From NCBI GenBank assembly GCA_050506795.1, contig JBJHCF010000009.1:1-64000 (forward strand): a stretch of DNA of 64,000 bases, given 5' to 3'. Position numbers and translations under genes: made by a program. Positions within the stretch are counted from its first letter, which is position 1; every line of letters begins with the position of its first letter. The notes under the pieces are model-generated. The model was given only the letters and a program-made list of their open reading frames with translations. It had not been told where the DNA came from and made no database searches. Source of the DNA: Opitutia bacterium (GTDB lineage: Bacteria > Verrucomicrobiota > Verrucomicrobiia > Opitutales > T3Sed10-336). Of the stretch, positions 30,410 through 41,196 are shown piece by piece.

Positions 30410-33400
30410 TCAGTTCCCTTCCAGCTCGTCGAGTTCCTCGGGGGTGTAGGGCACCCAGCGGCGTTCTTCGAGTTCCCCGCGCAACGCCTCGACGGCGTCG
30501 GGTGAGACCGGATCCTCGCTCAACCCGGCGAAAGCGTAGCGCACGTAGCTGGCAATCGCCGCGATCTGATCGTTCTCGAGATGGCTGGCTCCCGGCATGA
30601 TACTGTCGAATCTTTCGCCGGCAATCTCCACCGGTCCGCGCATCCCTCCCAGGATCACGCGCAGCAGTGTATCGGGATCGCCATGCACCCGGCCCGCGCC
30701 GACGAGCGCCGGAAAAGAGCCCGGCACCCCGGTTCCGTCGGGCTGGTGGCACTCAAGGCAGGACATTCGATAATACTCACGCGCGGCGACCAGGTGTTCC
30801 GGCAGTTCCGGCAGGGCGACTTCGGCAACCGCGGTCGCCGCCAGCATCTCCTCGACCGGTGGACGGAATGCAGCTGGAAGCTGATCGACCAAGTCGACCA
30901 GCACCGGCCGCTGCGGGCCGGCCGCGACGCGTTCGGCGATCGCCATCAATTCCTCGGCATACCAGGTGTCCAATACCCGCTCATCCAGGGTCCGGGCGGC
31001 AGCGATCAGGGTCATCGATCCCTGCCGGCGCATCGCCAGACGGGCCGCCTGCCGCAGGGCACCCCGTTCGAGCGCATCCTCGCCGGCCACCAACGCCCAA
31101 ACGATCCGCGCCACCGGTTCGTTAGGAACGGACTGGGCGGCCAAAGTGAGCGCGAACAGGCGTTCCCTGGGTTCTTCGACCAACATAATCAGGCTCGGCA
31201 ACGCCCTCACGACAGCGGGATCTTCCGCACCCAGGGCAAGAAGCGCATGACGGCGCAGCAGCGGGTTGGCGCTCACACTGAGAAGGTTCGTGACGGTGTT
31301 CCGCGCATCGCTTCCGGTCCGTTCGAGCTGATTGAGCCCTTCAAGCGTCCAGATGGCATGGACCGCGGCGAGAGGCTTTTGGCCGCCGTCGGATGTGGCC
31401 TCGGAAGAAACCAGATCGACCAGCGCCGGAACGACGTCGGCCTCTCCTCGCTCGACCAGCAGCCGTTGCGCGTGCAGCCGGATGTGCTGCGACGGAGAAC
31501 TCAGCGCGGCCAGCAGCGCCTCCGGATTGCCGGCATCAAGGGCGACTTCCCGACGAATCTCGCCGTCCGCGGGCACGACGCGCCAGATGCGTCCGTGCTC
31601 CCGGTCGCGTAGCGGCGTCACATACGCGTTGCCGGCTCCCGGACCGCGGTGCCCCGTGTGGTAGGGGCTGTGCGGATGATCGTATTCAAACCTGGGATTC
31701 CAGAAACGGAAAACAACGTTGTGCTGGGCGATCGGATTGTACCAGTCCGCGATCCAGACCGCGCCATCCGGACCGGCACGCACCGCGACCGGGGCGACCC
31801 AGGCGTCGGCACTCGCCAGGAGATTATTGCCGCGAAAATGCACCGCCTTGAGGGCGTCGCGATCTTCGAGTTGGCCGATGCCGACCAGGTGCACGGTGGG
31901 GTCGGTCACAAGAACGGAGTCGGGTCCGAGCAGGTCGCCGAAAATGTTGTCGTTGTAAAAGGCATGCCCGGCAGCCGACGTGTAGCGATTGATAAAATCG
32001 ACTTGAGTGAAGTCCCGGGTGTTCGGGTACACTAGCGTCGAGGTATCGGCGCGCGGGGTACGGGGCTGCTCGATTCCGGTTCCGGCATAAGCGGAAGCCG
32101 GAATGGAGACGATCCACGAGGGATTGTTGTTCGCCGTCGAGCCCATCACGTCACCCTCTTCGGTCAGTCCTATGCCCCAGGTGTTGTTGGTCGTGTTTTG
32201 CAGCAATTCGAGTTTCGAAAGGTCCGGGCGAAAACGGAAGACGGACTGCCCGAACTCATGGTGCTCGCCGTGCAACTCCATATCGATGCCGCTGTAACCG
32301 ACTACCGCGTAGATCCAGTTGTCGAGCCCGTAGTGAAAATGAGAGGTCGAGGCGTGGGTGTCCCAGATCCGCAACCCGGTGGCAAGGACCTCGCGGGTAT
32401 CGGCCTTGCCGTCACCGGTCTCGTCGCGCAGGAAAACGATATCGCGCCCGTCGGTGGCAAGAACACCGCCGTTGACGAAGACCGTGGTCGTCGCATGCCG
32501 GAGCCCCTCCGCGAACACGGTCATCTTGTCGGCGCGCCCGTCGCCGGTAGTGTCTTCGAGAATCTTGATCCGGTCCATTCCGGTGCCCGGCTCTTCGGGA
32601 ACGTCGTTCGGATAGCCGAGAGCTTCCACCACCCAGGCGCGCCCGTGCTCGTCCCAGTCGATCGCGATCGGATTGACGACCATCGGCTCGCTGGCAAACA
32701 GCTCCAACCGCGTGCCGGCCGGGACCTGGGTATGGGCGGCGCTCTCCTCGGGAGAGAAAGGGGTTTGCAGCGGGAGCATGGGAATGTCCGGAAAGGCGCG
32801 ATCCTCCAACTCCGGCTCGACATGAACAATCTCCGGTAATTCAAATGACCGGAACGCCTCCGCCCGTTCATCGCCCACCGCCCAAAGGATCGCCCGGTAC
32901 AAGAGGGTCTGGAACGTCCCTTCCTCCCACACCTCGGTGCCATGGCCGCCGGCCGTGTAGAATACCCGCCCATTCTCTTCTTCGCGTACCCAGGACCAGG
33001 GCACCGGCTCGGTTTCGCCGGCATTGAGAGGCGGTCGCACCTGGAGAACATGGACGTCGTCGGCGAAATCGACGTGCCGGTAGGTCTGGTCTTCAATCTC
33101 GGATTCCCGAAGCTCAAGGGTGACAACATGCTCCGTATCCACCGTCTCAGGAGTAAAGGAATGCACTTCGAAATTCTCCAGGGCGGCTCCGATCAACGCG
33201 GTCCACTCCGGTGAATCCGGAAAACTCTTGCTCGCACTGTGAACGGCGACCAGGCCCCCGCCGTCGCGGATCCAGGGGATAACATCGGCCGGGAGCGCCT
33301 CCTGCCGGTTGGCGTAGACCATGAGCGCGTCGTGCCGGTCGAGCGTTGCCCGGTTGAGCCGGTCCAGGTCCTCCAGATAGCTGAGGTTGATCCCTTGAGT

Positions 33401-33565
33401 CCCCAGGACGAGCTTGAGGGCGCGATAGCGCTCCAGGGGCTGGTGCTCACCGTCGTCGCCCACGAAGAGCACTTCGAGGCGGCGAGGGTCCGATGCGGGT
33501 TGAGCATGGATGAAAGTGGCGGAGGTGACGGCGGTGAGAACAAGGAGAAGGATTTTGTTTATCAT
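30410..33565 (-). CDS. PVC-type haem-binding dehydrogenase-like protein (ThuA-like + beta-propeller + helical repeats + cytochrome c)
   Basis: Signal peptide; GRVFYTAGGH ThuA; LFASEPMVVNP and GPDGAVWIADWYN propeller; CLECH haem motif. Confidence 0.85.
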   Translation of the reverse strand: MINKILLLVLTAVTSATFIHAQPASDPRRLEVLFVGDDGEHQPLERYRALKLVLGTQGINLSYLEDLDRLNRATLDRHDALMVYANRQEALPADVIPWIRDGGGLVAVHSASKSFPDSPEWTALIGAALENFEVHSFTPETVDTEHVVTLELRESEIEDQTYRHVDFADDVHVLQVRPPLNAGETEPVPWSWVREEENGRVFYTAGGHGTEVWEEGTFQTLLYRAILWAVGDERAEAFRSFELPEIVHVEPELEDRAFPDIPMLPLQTPFSPEESAAHTQVPAGTRLELFASEPMVVNPIAIDWDEHGRAWVVEALGYPNDVPEEPGTGMDRIKILEDTTGDGRADKMTVFAEGLRHATTTVFVNGGVLATDGRDIVFLRDETGDGKADTREVLATGLRIWDTHASTSHFHYGLDNWIYAVVGYSGIDMELHGEHHEFGQSVFRFRPDLSKLELLQNTTNNTWGIGLTEEGDVMGSTANNNPSWIVSIPASAYAGTGIEQPRTPRADTSTLVYPNTRDFTQVDFINRYTSAAGHAFYNDNIFGDLLGPDSVLVTDPTVHLVGIGQLEDRDALKAVHFRGNNLLASADAWVAPVAVRAGPDGAVWIADWYNPIAQHNVVFRFWNPRFEYDHPHSPYHTGHRGPGAGNAYVTPLRDREHGRIWRVVPADGEIRREVALDAGNPEALLAALSSPSQHIRLHAQRLLVERGEADVVPALVDLVSSEATSDGGQKPLAAVHAIWTLEGLNQLERTGSDARNTVTNLLSVSANPLLRRHALLALGAEDPAVVRALPSLIMLVEEPRERLFALTLAAQSVPNEPVARIVWALVAGEDALERGALRQAARLAMRRQGSMTLIAAARTLDERVLDTWYAEELMAIAERVAAGPQRPVLVDLVDQLPAAFRPPVEEMLAATAVAEVALPELPEHLVAAREYYRMSCLECHQPDGTGVPGSFPALVGAGRVHGDPDTLLRVILGGMRGPVEIAGERFDSIMPGASHLENDQIAAIASYVRYAFAGLSEDPVSPDAVEALRGELEERRWVPYTPEELDELEGN

Positions 33566-33922
33566 CGATTTGGTCCAAGGAAGGCTGACTTTTCCGCGAA
33601 ACACACCTCGCCAGAATCAAGGAAACTTACCGAGATGTGTGGTCACAATTATATAGAGATCTATCCTGGCGGGTATAGCCAGCTTCGTTCAAGCTTTTCT
33701 TTAACCCATGCGTGCGTTTTTCCGACGCTTGCGAAATCGAAGTCGCCGATATCTGTAAATTCATTCCCTTCTAATGAACGCTATTAAACTTTCTCCAGAT
33801 CAGACCGCACTCTGATGTCGCTGAACGGCGCCTGGCGGCACCGCTTGCCCAAGCGCAAATTAGATTCCATGGCATTCGAGGTTTCCATTTGGGTGAGTTT
33901 GTGAATACTTCAAGTTCTCATT

Positions 33923-34873
33923 ATGGGTGTTAGCGGAAAAAATCTCGCGCGGTGGTATCGGGAAGTGGCGCAACACCTGGCCGCCGGTTTGCCGTTGCCC
34001 CGGGCGGTGGTGAACGCGGGCGGTCCGGCGCGAAAGGACCGCAAACGCATGGAGGAGGAACTGACGGCCGGACGCTCCTGGCAGGAGGTCCTCAAATCCG
34101 CTCACTGGCTGCCGGCTGAAGATCGGCCTCTGCTGGGCGCGGCGGGGGAAAACGGACGCCTGGTCGAGGTGCTGGGACCCTTGTCCAAAAAGCGGGCCTT
34201 GCTGGCCGATCAAAACCGTCGCGCGGTCGGGGCATGCATTTACCCGCTGCTGGTGCTGCATTTCGGCGTGCTTGCGGTGCCACTACGGTTGCTGGTCACC
34301 GGGGATACCGACCTCTACCTGCAGCAAGTCGGCATCGTTCTCATTCCTTTGTGGGTGGTCGTGGCAATCCTGACCTGGGGGGCTCGCGGCCGTCACCGCT
34401 GGCTGCAATTCGTCACGCGCTCCATCCCCTTCTTTCGCGCCTACAGCAAACGACGGGCGCTGGCGGATCTCGCCTTCACGCTGGAGGGTGGCGTGATTGC
34501 CGGGCAGTCGATCCTGCGCGCCTGGGACAACGCGGGATTCGCTTCCGGCGATCGACGTCTGCAACAGGCCGCCGCCCAAATCACCGCCGCCGCCCGCGAT
34601 GGCGAAGAGCCGGGCGCCGCCCTGAGCCGGGAGAAGGCCTTTCCCGAGGATTTCGTCTCGCTTTATCTCACGGGCGAAAAGACGGGACAACTCGACGATA
34701 ACCTGGGCCACCTCGCACGGATCTACTCCGAGCGCGCCTCGGACAGTCTGCGAGCGGCCACGGCCTTTTATCCCAAAGTCCTCTATTTTCTGGTCGTCCT
34801 CTGGGTGGTCTACACGGTGCTGTCATTCTATGCCGGATACTACGGGCAAATCGGGGAATTCGAGCGGTTCTAA
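33923..34873 (+). CDS. Type II secretion F / PilC-family platform protein
   Basis: Two T2SSF repeats (AAGENGRL; TGEKTGQLD), IYP-TM and C-terminal TM. Confidence 0.82.
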   Translation: MGVSGKNLARWYREVAQHLAAGLPLPRAVVNAGGPARKDRKRMEEELTAGRSWQEVLKSAHWLPAEDRPLLGAAGENGRLVEVLGPLSKKRALLADQNRRAVGACIYPLLVLHFGVLAVPLRLLVTGDTDLYLQQVGIVLIPLWVVVAILTWGARGRHRWLQFVTRSIPFFRAYSKRRALADLAFTLEGGVIAGQSILRAWDNAGFASGDRRLQQAAAQITAAARDGEEPGAALSREKAFPEDFVSLYLTGEKTGQLDDNLGHLARIYSERASDSLRAATAFYPKVLYFLVVLWVVYTVLSFYAGYYGQIGEFERF

Positions 34874-34976
34874 GCCAGGGAACAGCCGAGCCGGAAGCGA
34901 AACCACCGATGCGTCGGGTGAATAATTGACTTGGCGGCCTTCAGGGATTTCACTCGTTGCCGAAGAAGGTAATCCC

Positions 34977-37900
34977 ATGTTTGAAAAACGATTCCGCATA
35001 ACCCCGTGCCTGCTGCTGCTCGCAGGGGCCGTGTCTCCGTTATTCGCCGGTTCCCTCGCCTGGACGTGGCATCAGCCGCTGCCGCAGGGGAATTCACTCA
35101 CCACGCTGGCAGCGGGGGATGATTTTCTCATCGCCGCGGGATTACAGGGAACCGTTCTACGTTCCGAGAACGGCGAGAACTGGGAGCACATCGACACGGG
35201 CCCGGACGAAACGTTCTTTTCGTCCGCCTACGGCGACGGTCGCATTCTGCTGGGCGGCAACGGGGTGATCCTTTCCACTCAGGACGGCATTACCTGGACC
35301 GAAGTACTCGACACGGACGGCGTCATCGTGCAGGGCATCGCCTACGGCGAGGGAACCTGGGTGGCCGTCGGACGGTACTTTAACCAGGAGGAATCAAGAA
35401 CCGACAGCACGGTTTTCCGTTCCTTCGACGGTGTTGAATGGGAGCGACATGACTTCGAAGCGGGAGAGAACTTTTTCGTCCGTGACGTCGCCTTCGGCGC
35501 CGGCGACCGATTCGTGCTGACCGGCAGTCCGCCGGGTGCGTTGAGCAGCAGCGTGCTCGTATCCACGAACTCCGGCCAATCCTGGACACCGGCAAACGAT
35601 CCCCTTGAGTTCGCGGGTCAGTCGTTGACCTGGAACGGAGCAAACTTCGCCGTCGCGGGCGCCAACGGCGGCGTGGCCTTTTCGAGCGATGGGTTGCAGT
35701 GGGAAACGCGAAACGCGGACAGCCCGATGGCGTTGCGCCATATTCTTTACGCGGACGGACTCTGGGTGGCGGCCGGGCTCTCGTTTCAAGGAAACCGGGA
35801 ACCGGGGCTTCTCTATTCGACCGACGGAGTCGAGTGGGAAGAAACAGTTCTGCCCTATGCCAACAGCACCCCAACCGCGATCCTCCATTTCGCCGGCCAG
35901 TTCCTGACGGTCGGCCTCGATGGCGCCACCCTCAAAGGGAATCACCCGGAGAACCTGCAACCGGTCGCCAATGGCCTTCGCCGCCCCCTGAGCGGCATTG
36001 CCCACAACGGCGCCAGGTATGTCGCGGTCGGCGGACCGCCCCCACCGGAAACGCGCTTTTCCACCAATCCGATTCCCGGCAACACCATTGGAGGCGAGCA
36101 GACCATCCTCACATCCACGGACCTCCAGACCTGGACCGCGCTTGAAACCGCCAGTGACGAGCCCCTTTTCAGCATCACCTACGGCAATGGACGTTTCGTG
36201 GCGGTGGGAAACAACGGCACGGTCCTGACCTCGGACGACGGACTGGAATGGACCGCGCGCGATTCCGGCACCGAAAGCAACCTCACGGGCGTGGCTTACG
36301 GCAACGGATATTTTGTGGCGGTGGGACGCAACCTCTCCTATATCGGTATTTCCCCTGACGGCATTAACTGGACGGAACCCGACCATGTCCCGGCCATCAC
36401 CGAAGGTTTGTCCGATGTTGTTTTCGCCGACGGACGTTTTGTTGCGGTCGGATCAACGAGGGACGGCGTATTGCATACGACGAACCCTTTGTCCTGGGAG
36501 CGCGTCTCGGGCTCGTTCGACGAGGCAATCCTGCTATCGGTAACGCACGGGGCCAACGGTTTTGTCGCCGCCGGGTTCACTTCCATTTCCTCAAACGCTC
36601 CGTTCGTCCTGTCCTCCCAAAACGGGATCGACTGGACACAGGAAACGATTGAGGGCGCTCTCCCGATTACCGCCGTCACCGCTACGCCGGACGGTTACCT
36701 CGCCGCGGCCAGCTTTTTCGATTTCAGTTTCGGAAACACCGCGTTCCATACTTCGACGGACGGCCAGGTGTGGACTGAAGTCCCCGCATTCCCGCGTCCC
36801 CGGTTGATCTGGGACTTCGTGGTCACCGGCGACGGCGCCGTGGGAGTCGGCGACGGAGGCTCCATCGTGTCCACCTCCTTCACCGATCCCATCATTGAAC
36901 AACACCCCCAATCCCTTTCAGCCTTTTCGGGTGAAACCGTCGAGTTTACCGTGGCCGCAAGTGATCCCCTTGGCGGCGAGCTTGCCTACCAGTGGCTCTT
37001 TGAAGGAGACGCGATCGTATCCGATACCCGCATCAGCGGAACCGAATCAAACACGTTGCGTATCGAAAATGTCCATCCGGACGACGCGGGAGAGTACCGG
37101 GTGGTGGTCGGCAACGCGCAGGGAACGGTCACCAGCCAGGCAGCTTTGCTCACGGTGCAGGCCCTGCTCCGGGTCAGCCTCGATTTCGACGAAAACACGC
37201 CGGGATGGGGGGTCACGCGTTTTGACTCCGTACAGGAAGCGATCGACGCCGCACCGGCGGACGAGGCCTCCACCCTTGTGGTCGAACCGGGCGTCTATTT
37301 CGAAAATCTTCGCCTCCACGGCAAGCCCATCACCTTAACCGGCACCGACCCGCGGAATGCGGAGATCGTGGCTTCGACCGTTCTCGACGGCTCGGCGCAG
37401 GCGGACAGCGTGATTGCCATCATTGACGGTGAGGACAACCGCACCCGGATCCGCGGATTCACCATCCGAAACGGAACTCCTTCCGGGTTCAACCTTCGCG
37501 GCGGAGGGATTCGCATCGAGCATAGCACCCCCGTTATCGAGGACAACCGCATCCTGACGAACGCCGGCGGCGACGGGAGCGCAGGGGGCGGTATCTTCGC
37601 CATGGGCACCAATCTCCCCGACTCCGAATTCCTAATCATTCGCCGAAACGAAATCCGGGACAATACCGCCGAAATCGGCGGTGGCATTTTCCTGGTTCAC
37701 CGGTACGTAAAAGTATCTGAGAACCTGATACTCGACAACAGCGCCTACCATGAAGGAGGGGGGATATTCGCCGCCGAAATCCAAGCCGGACGCGGTTACC
37801 TCACCCAAACCGCGATTTTTGTCGAGCACTGCGTCCTGCACGGCAACCGGGCGGCCAACAACCCCGCGGCCGTCCTGCAACGGTTTGGCGAGAGTGATTT

Positions 37901-39053
37901 CGTTAATAACATCGTCGCCGAAAACCGGGCGATCGCCGCTCTTGACCCCTTGGCGCGTCCCTACGGAGCCTATCAGACCGTGATGACCGAAGGCAACTTC
38001 AGCGTGCGCTACAACAATTTCTGGCAAAACGCAGTGGAAGATCGCGGCGCGGAAAACCTTCCCTTTGGCCAGGACGGAAACATCGCCTTTTCCCCCTTGT
38101 TCGCCGACCCGGAGAATTTTAATTTCCGGCTGCGTTCGCAAGCCGGGCGCTGGGATCCAGCGATTGAGGATTGGATCATCGACGTCGAACACAGCCCGCT
38201 CATCGCCGCCGGAGCGCCGAACACCGACGGTTCCCGGCCCAACCTGGGAGCCTACGGGCTTTCCGAAACCGCCAGTCTGGCGCCGGAACAGAGCGTCGTC
38301 TCGATCGCCGCGGTCTCCCCCGGCGACCTGGCCCGGTCGCAGGAGTTGCCTTTGCAGGTGGTGCTGGGACGAACGGGCTCCCTGGACGAGGCGCTTGCAT
38401 TCGAGTTGAGCGCCGGCGGCGACGCCGAAGCGGGAATTGATTTCACCGAGGAAACTCTCCCTGCCGGATTCTCACCCGGCCAGGCCGCACTGACGTTTGA
38501 AATCGCGCCTCTGCCGATCGAATCCGTACGCGGGCATCGCCAACGCATTTATTCACTTGAACCTTCCGAAGCCTTCCTGCCGGGAAATGAGAACACCGCC
38601 ATCATCAACCTCTGGGATCACCCCTACCATGACTGGGTGGCGACGCACTTCTCGCCCGGCGAATGGGAAGACCCGCAACGGGTCGGACCCGAGGCCACGC
38701 CCGGCCAGACCGGATTGACCAACCTCCACCGGGCAGCCTTTGCCATCGGGTTAGAGCCATCACAGAGGGATCGGCTGCCACAGGTGTCCGAGGTCGGGGA
38801 ATCCGTTGGAGAAGACGCCATCAGAAAGATTCGTATCCAGTTCACCCGTCCGGCCCCCCACAACGGTTTCGAATACTCGCTCGAAGCCGCCGAGTCCCTC
38901 CCCCATTGGAGCCCGGCCGAACCGCTGACGGTTACCGTGGAACCGCTGGAAGCGGAGAACGCGGAACGCGTCACCTGGGAGTACGAAAGCTCCAGCCAGT
39001 CTTTTTTCCGAATCCGCACTCGATCGACGGGAAACCTGTACCTGTTTCCATAG
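34977..39053 (+). CDS. Large secreted multidomain protein (BNR-like propeller repeats, Ig domain, beta-helix, C-terminal domain)
   Basis: Signal peptide; repeated YGNGxFVAVG...SxDGxxW; QHPQS..YQW..DAGEY Ig; GGGI beta-helix repeats; terminal FFRIR. Confidence 0.8.
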   Translation: MFEKRFRITPCLLLLAGAVSPLFAGSLAWTWHQPLPQGNSLTTLAAGDDFLIAAGLQGTVLRSENGENWEHIDTGPDETFFSSAYGDGRILLGGNGVILSTQDGITWTEVLDTDGVIVQGIAYGEGTWVAVGRYFNQEESRTDSTVFRSFDGVEWERHDFEAGENFFVRDVAFGAGDRFVLTGSPPGALSSSVLVSTNSGQSWTPANDPLEFAGQSLTWNGANFAVAGANGGVAFSSDGLQWETRNADSPMALRHILYADGLWVAAGLSFQGNREPGLLYSTDGVEWEETVLPYANSTPTAILHFAGQFLTVGLDGATLKGNHPENLQPVANGLRRPLSGIAHNGARYVAVGGPPPPETRFSTNPIPGNTIGGEQTILTSTDLQTWTALETASDEPLFSITYGNGRFVAVGNNGTVLTSDDGLEWTARDSGTESNLTGVAYGNGYFVAVGRNLSYIGISPDGINWTEPDHVPAITEGLSDVVFADGRFVAVGSTRDGVLHTTNPLSWERVSGSFDEAILLSVTHGANGFVAAGFTSISSNAPFVLSSQNGIDWTQETIEGALPITAVTATPDGYLAAASFFDFSFGNTAFHTSTDGQVWTEVPAFPRPRLIWDFVVTGDGAVGVGDGGSIVSTSFTDPIIEQHPQSLSAFSGETVEFTVAASDPLGGELAYQWLFEGDAIVSDTRISGTESNTLRIENVHPDDAGEYRVVVGNAQGTVTSQAALLTVQALLRVSLDFDENTPGWGVTRFDSVQEAIDAAPADEASTLVVEPGVYFENLRLHGKPITLTGTDPRNAEIVASTVLDGSAQADSVIAIIDGEDNRTRIRGFTIRNGTPSGFNLRGGGIRIEHSTPVIEDNRILTNAGGDGSAGGGIFAMGTNLPDSEFLIIRRNEIRDNTAEIGGGIFLVHRYVKVSENLILDNSAYHEGGGIFAAEIQAGRGYLTQTAIFVEHCVLHGNRAANNPAAVLQRFGESDFVNNIVAENRAIAALDPLARPYGAYQTVMTEGNFSVRYNNFWQNAVEDRGAENLPFGQDGNIAFSPLFADPENFNFRLRSQAGRWDPAIEDWIIDVEHSPLIAAGAPNTDGSRPNLGAYGLSETASLAPEQSVVSIAAVSPGDLARSQELPLQVVLGRTGSLDEALAFELSAGGDAEAGIDFTEETLPAGFSPGQAALTFEIAPLPIESVRGHRQRIYSLEPSEAFLPGNENTAIINLWDHPYHDWVATHFSPGEWEDPQRVGPEATPGQTGLTNLHRAAFAIGLEPSQRDRLPQVSEVGESVGEDAIRKIRIQFTRPAPHNGFEYSLEAAESLPHWSPAEPLTVTVEPLEAENAERVTWEYESSSQSFFRIRTRSTGNLYLFP

Positions 39054-39102
39054 TAACCCGTTTCGGATCAAACGTTGAAACGCCTTAACCGTGTCAATCC
39101 TC

Positions 39103-39873
39103 CTAACGGCCCATCCAACCGCCGTCCACCAGGAGGGTGGCGCCGTGGACGTAGGCGGCGGCAGGGGAGGCCAGGAAAACGACCGCGCCTTTGAAATCCG
39201 CGGGCTCGCCCCAGCGGCCGGCGGGGATGCGTTCGAGGATTTGACGGCTGCGGCTGGGGTCATTGCGGAGGGCTTCGGTGTTGTCGGTGGCGATATAACC
39301 GGGGGCGATGGCGTTCACATTGACGCCGTGCGCGGCCCATTCGTTGGCGAAGGCTTTGGTCAATTGCCCCACCCCGCCCTTGCTGGCGGCGTATCCGGGA
39401 ACGGTAATGCCGCCCTGGAAGGTGAGCAGCGAAGCGGTAAAAATCACCTTCCCCTCGCCTCGCGCCACCATCTCTTTACCGATTTCGCGGGTAAGGATGA
39501 ACTGGGCGTTGAGGTTGATTTCGATGATTTTGTCCCAGGACTCGTCCGGGTGCTCGGCGGCGGGCGCGCGCAGGATCGAACCCGCGTTGTTGACCAGGAT
39601 GTCGATCCGGGGATGCGCCTTCTTCACGGTCTCGATGAAGGCATGCAGCGCTGAGCGATCGGAAAAATCACAGGCATAACCGCTGAAACGGCGTCCCAGA
39701 GCGACAACCTCCCGTTCCACCTCGCTGCCGGAGGCCTCAAGCGTGGCGCTGACCCCGATAATATCGGCCCCGGCCTCCGCCAATCCCAACGCCATCGCCC
39801 TCCCGATTCCACGTCGGCACCCGGTGACCAGAGCCGTTTTTCCAACAATTTTAAAGTTGTCGATCACGCTCAT
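39103..39873 (-). CDS. kduD: 2-dehydro-3-deoxy-D-gluconate 5-dehydrogenase-like SDR
   Basis: TGCRRGIG, NNAG, FQGGITVPGYAASK, ERIPAGRWG, VDGGWMGR. Confidence 0.85.
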   Translation of the reverse strand: MSVIDNFKIVGKTALVTGCRRGIGRAMALGLAEAGADIIGVSATLEASGSEVEREVVALGRRFSGYACDFSDRSALHAFIETVKKAHPRIDILVNNAGSILRAPAAEHPDESWDKIIEINLNAQFILTREIGKEMVARGEGKVIFTASLLTFQGGITVPGYAASKGGVGQLTKAFANEWAAHGVNVNAIAPGYIATDNTEALRNDPSRSRQILERIPAGRWGEPADFKGAVVFLASPAAAYVHGATLLVDGGWMGR

Positions 39874-39910
39874 AAGATTTTTCCTTCGCACGGCAGCGAC
39901 TCAGCCCGGT

Positions 39911-40939
39911 TCATTTCTCCGGATTGCCGCATTGTATCAGAATTTTCATGACATCTCCGCCGGTCGACATCAAATCAAGCCCTTTCTTGATATCCTCCAG
40001 GGAATAGATGTCGCTGATCAGACGATCGAGGGGCAAATCACCCGAGGCCGCGAGCTCGATGGCGCGATCGAAATCCCGGTTTTCGTAAACGCGCGCGCCG
40101 CACAAGCGCAACTCACGCCAGAAAAATTGAAAGAGGTCGATCTCCGGCGGTCGGGCGAAAATCCCCACCGCCACAATCAATCCGCGAGCCTTGGGCAAAC
40201 GGGTCATCATTTCGGCCCCGGAAGGATGACCGGTCACTTCGAAAACCACATCGGCGCCGGCGCCCTCGGACAACTCCTCCACCAGCGCCGGCAAATCGAC
40301 CGCCCGGGGGTCAACAGCCTCCAGTCCGAGCGCTTCCAGGTGTTGTACCCGGTAGGGGTTGATTTCCGACACGATCACCCGCGCCCCGTCCCGCCGCGCC
40401 ACCAGGGCAATCAGCGTTCCGATGGGACCGCCCCCCAGGACCACGGCGAGGTCGTTTGACGCCAACTCACCCAAACGAACATCGTGACAGGCCACCGCGA
40501 GGGGCTCGATGAGCGCGGCGCGGGAAAGCGACAAGGCCGCGGGCACCTTCCGCGCGGTGTGCGCCGGGACGACCCAGCGCTCCTGAAACGCGCCCGGAGT
40601 GTCGATACCGAGAAAACGCAGGTTTTCGCAAATATGATCGTGTCCCGCGCGGCAGGTCGGGCATTCGCCGCAGGGGTCAAGCGGCATTACGGTGACCCGA
40701 TCCCCGGCCGCGAAATCGCCGACCCCGTCGCCAACCGTACGCACCACCCCCGACATTTCATGCCCCATCACCTGCGCCGCCGCCACCCGCCAGTCCATTT
40801 TACCGTGGTAGATTCCGACGTCGGTACCGCAGATGCCGCAATAAGCCACTTCGATCTCGATTTCTCCGGGTCCGGGCGCAGCCGGAGCGGTATCCCCGAT
40901 TCTAATGACGTGGTTTCGTTCGTAATAAGCGGCTTTCAT
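39911..40939 (-). CDS. Zinc-binding alcohol/sugar-acid dehydrogenase (MDR)
   Basis: GICGTD, GHE, CGECPTC..HIC, EPLAVACH, GGGPIG. Confidence 0.88.
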   Translation of the reverse strand: MKAAYYERNHVIRIGDTAPAAPGPGEIEIEVAYCGICGTDVGIYHGKMDWRVAAAQVMGHEMSGVVRTVGDGVGDFAAGDRVTVMPLDPCGECPTCRAGHDHICENLRFLGIDTPGAFQERWVVPAHTARKVPAALSLSRAALIEPLAVACHDVRLGELASNDLAVVLGGGPIGTLIALVARRDGARVIVSEINPYRVQHLEALGLEAVDPRAVDLPALVEELSEGAGADVVFEVTGHPSGAEMMTRLPKARGLIVAVGIFARPPEIDLFQFFWRELRLCGARVYENRDFDRAIELAASGDLPLDRLISDIYSLEDIKKGLDLMSTGGDVMKILIQCGNPEK

Positions 40940-41196
40940 GGCAGGTCGATGGTAATCAAAGAAAAAGGACCCGGCAAACTCAAAACCGTCGAAGAAGCCA
41001 CCCGGGGATTTTTATTCGGCCTCTGAAGGCCGCACGAAAAACGTTTGAGATTCCTCGCTGAGAAATGCGGGGCGCAGCTCGGTCACACTCATAAGTGCGG
41101 CAAATTGTCGGTATTTCCTTACCTTATAAGAACAGCCTTGCAAACGGCTCGCATAGCGTCTAAGAACAATCCGCAATGTAACCGAAGGTTTACGCT

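Noticed and set aside
33834..33850. Sigma54 promoter before the pilC-like gene
   Set aside because: The GG-GC spacing does not match the -24/-12 consensus.
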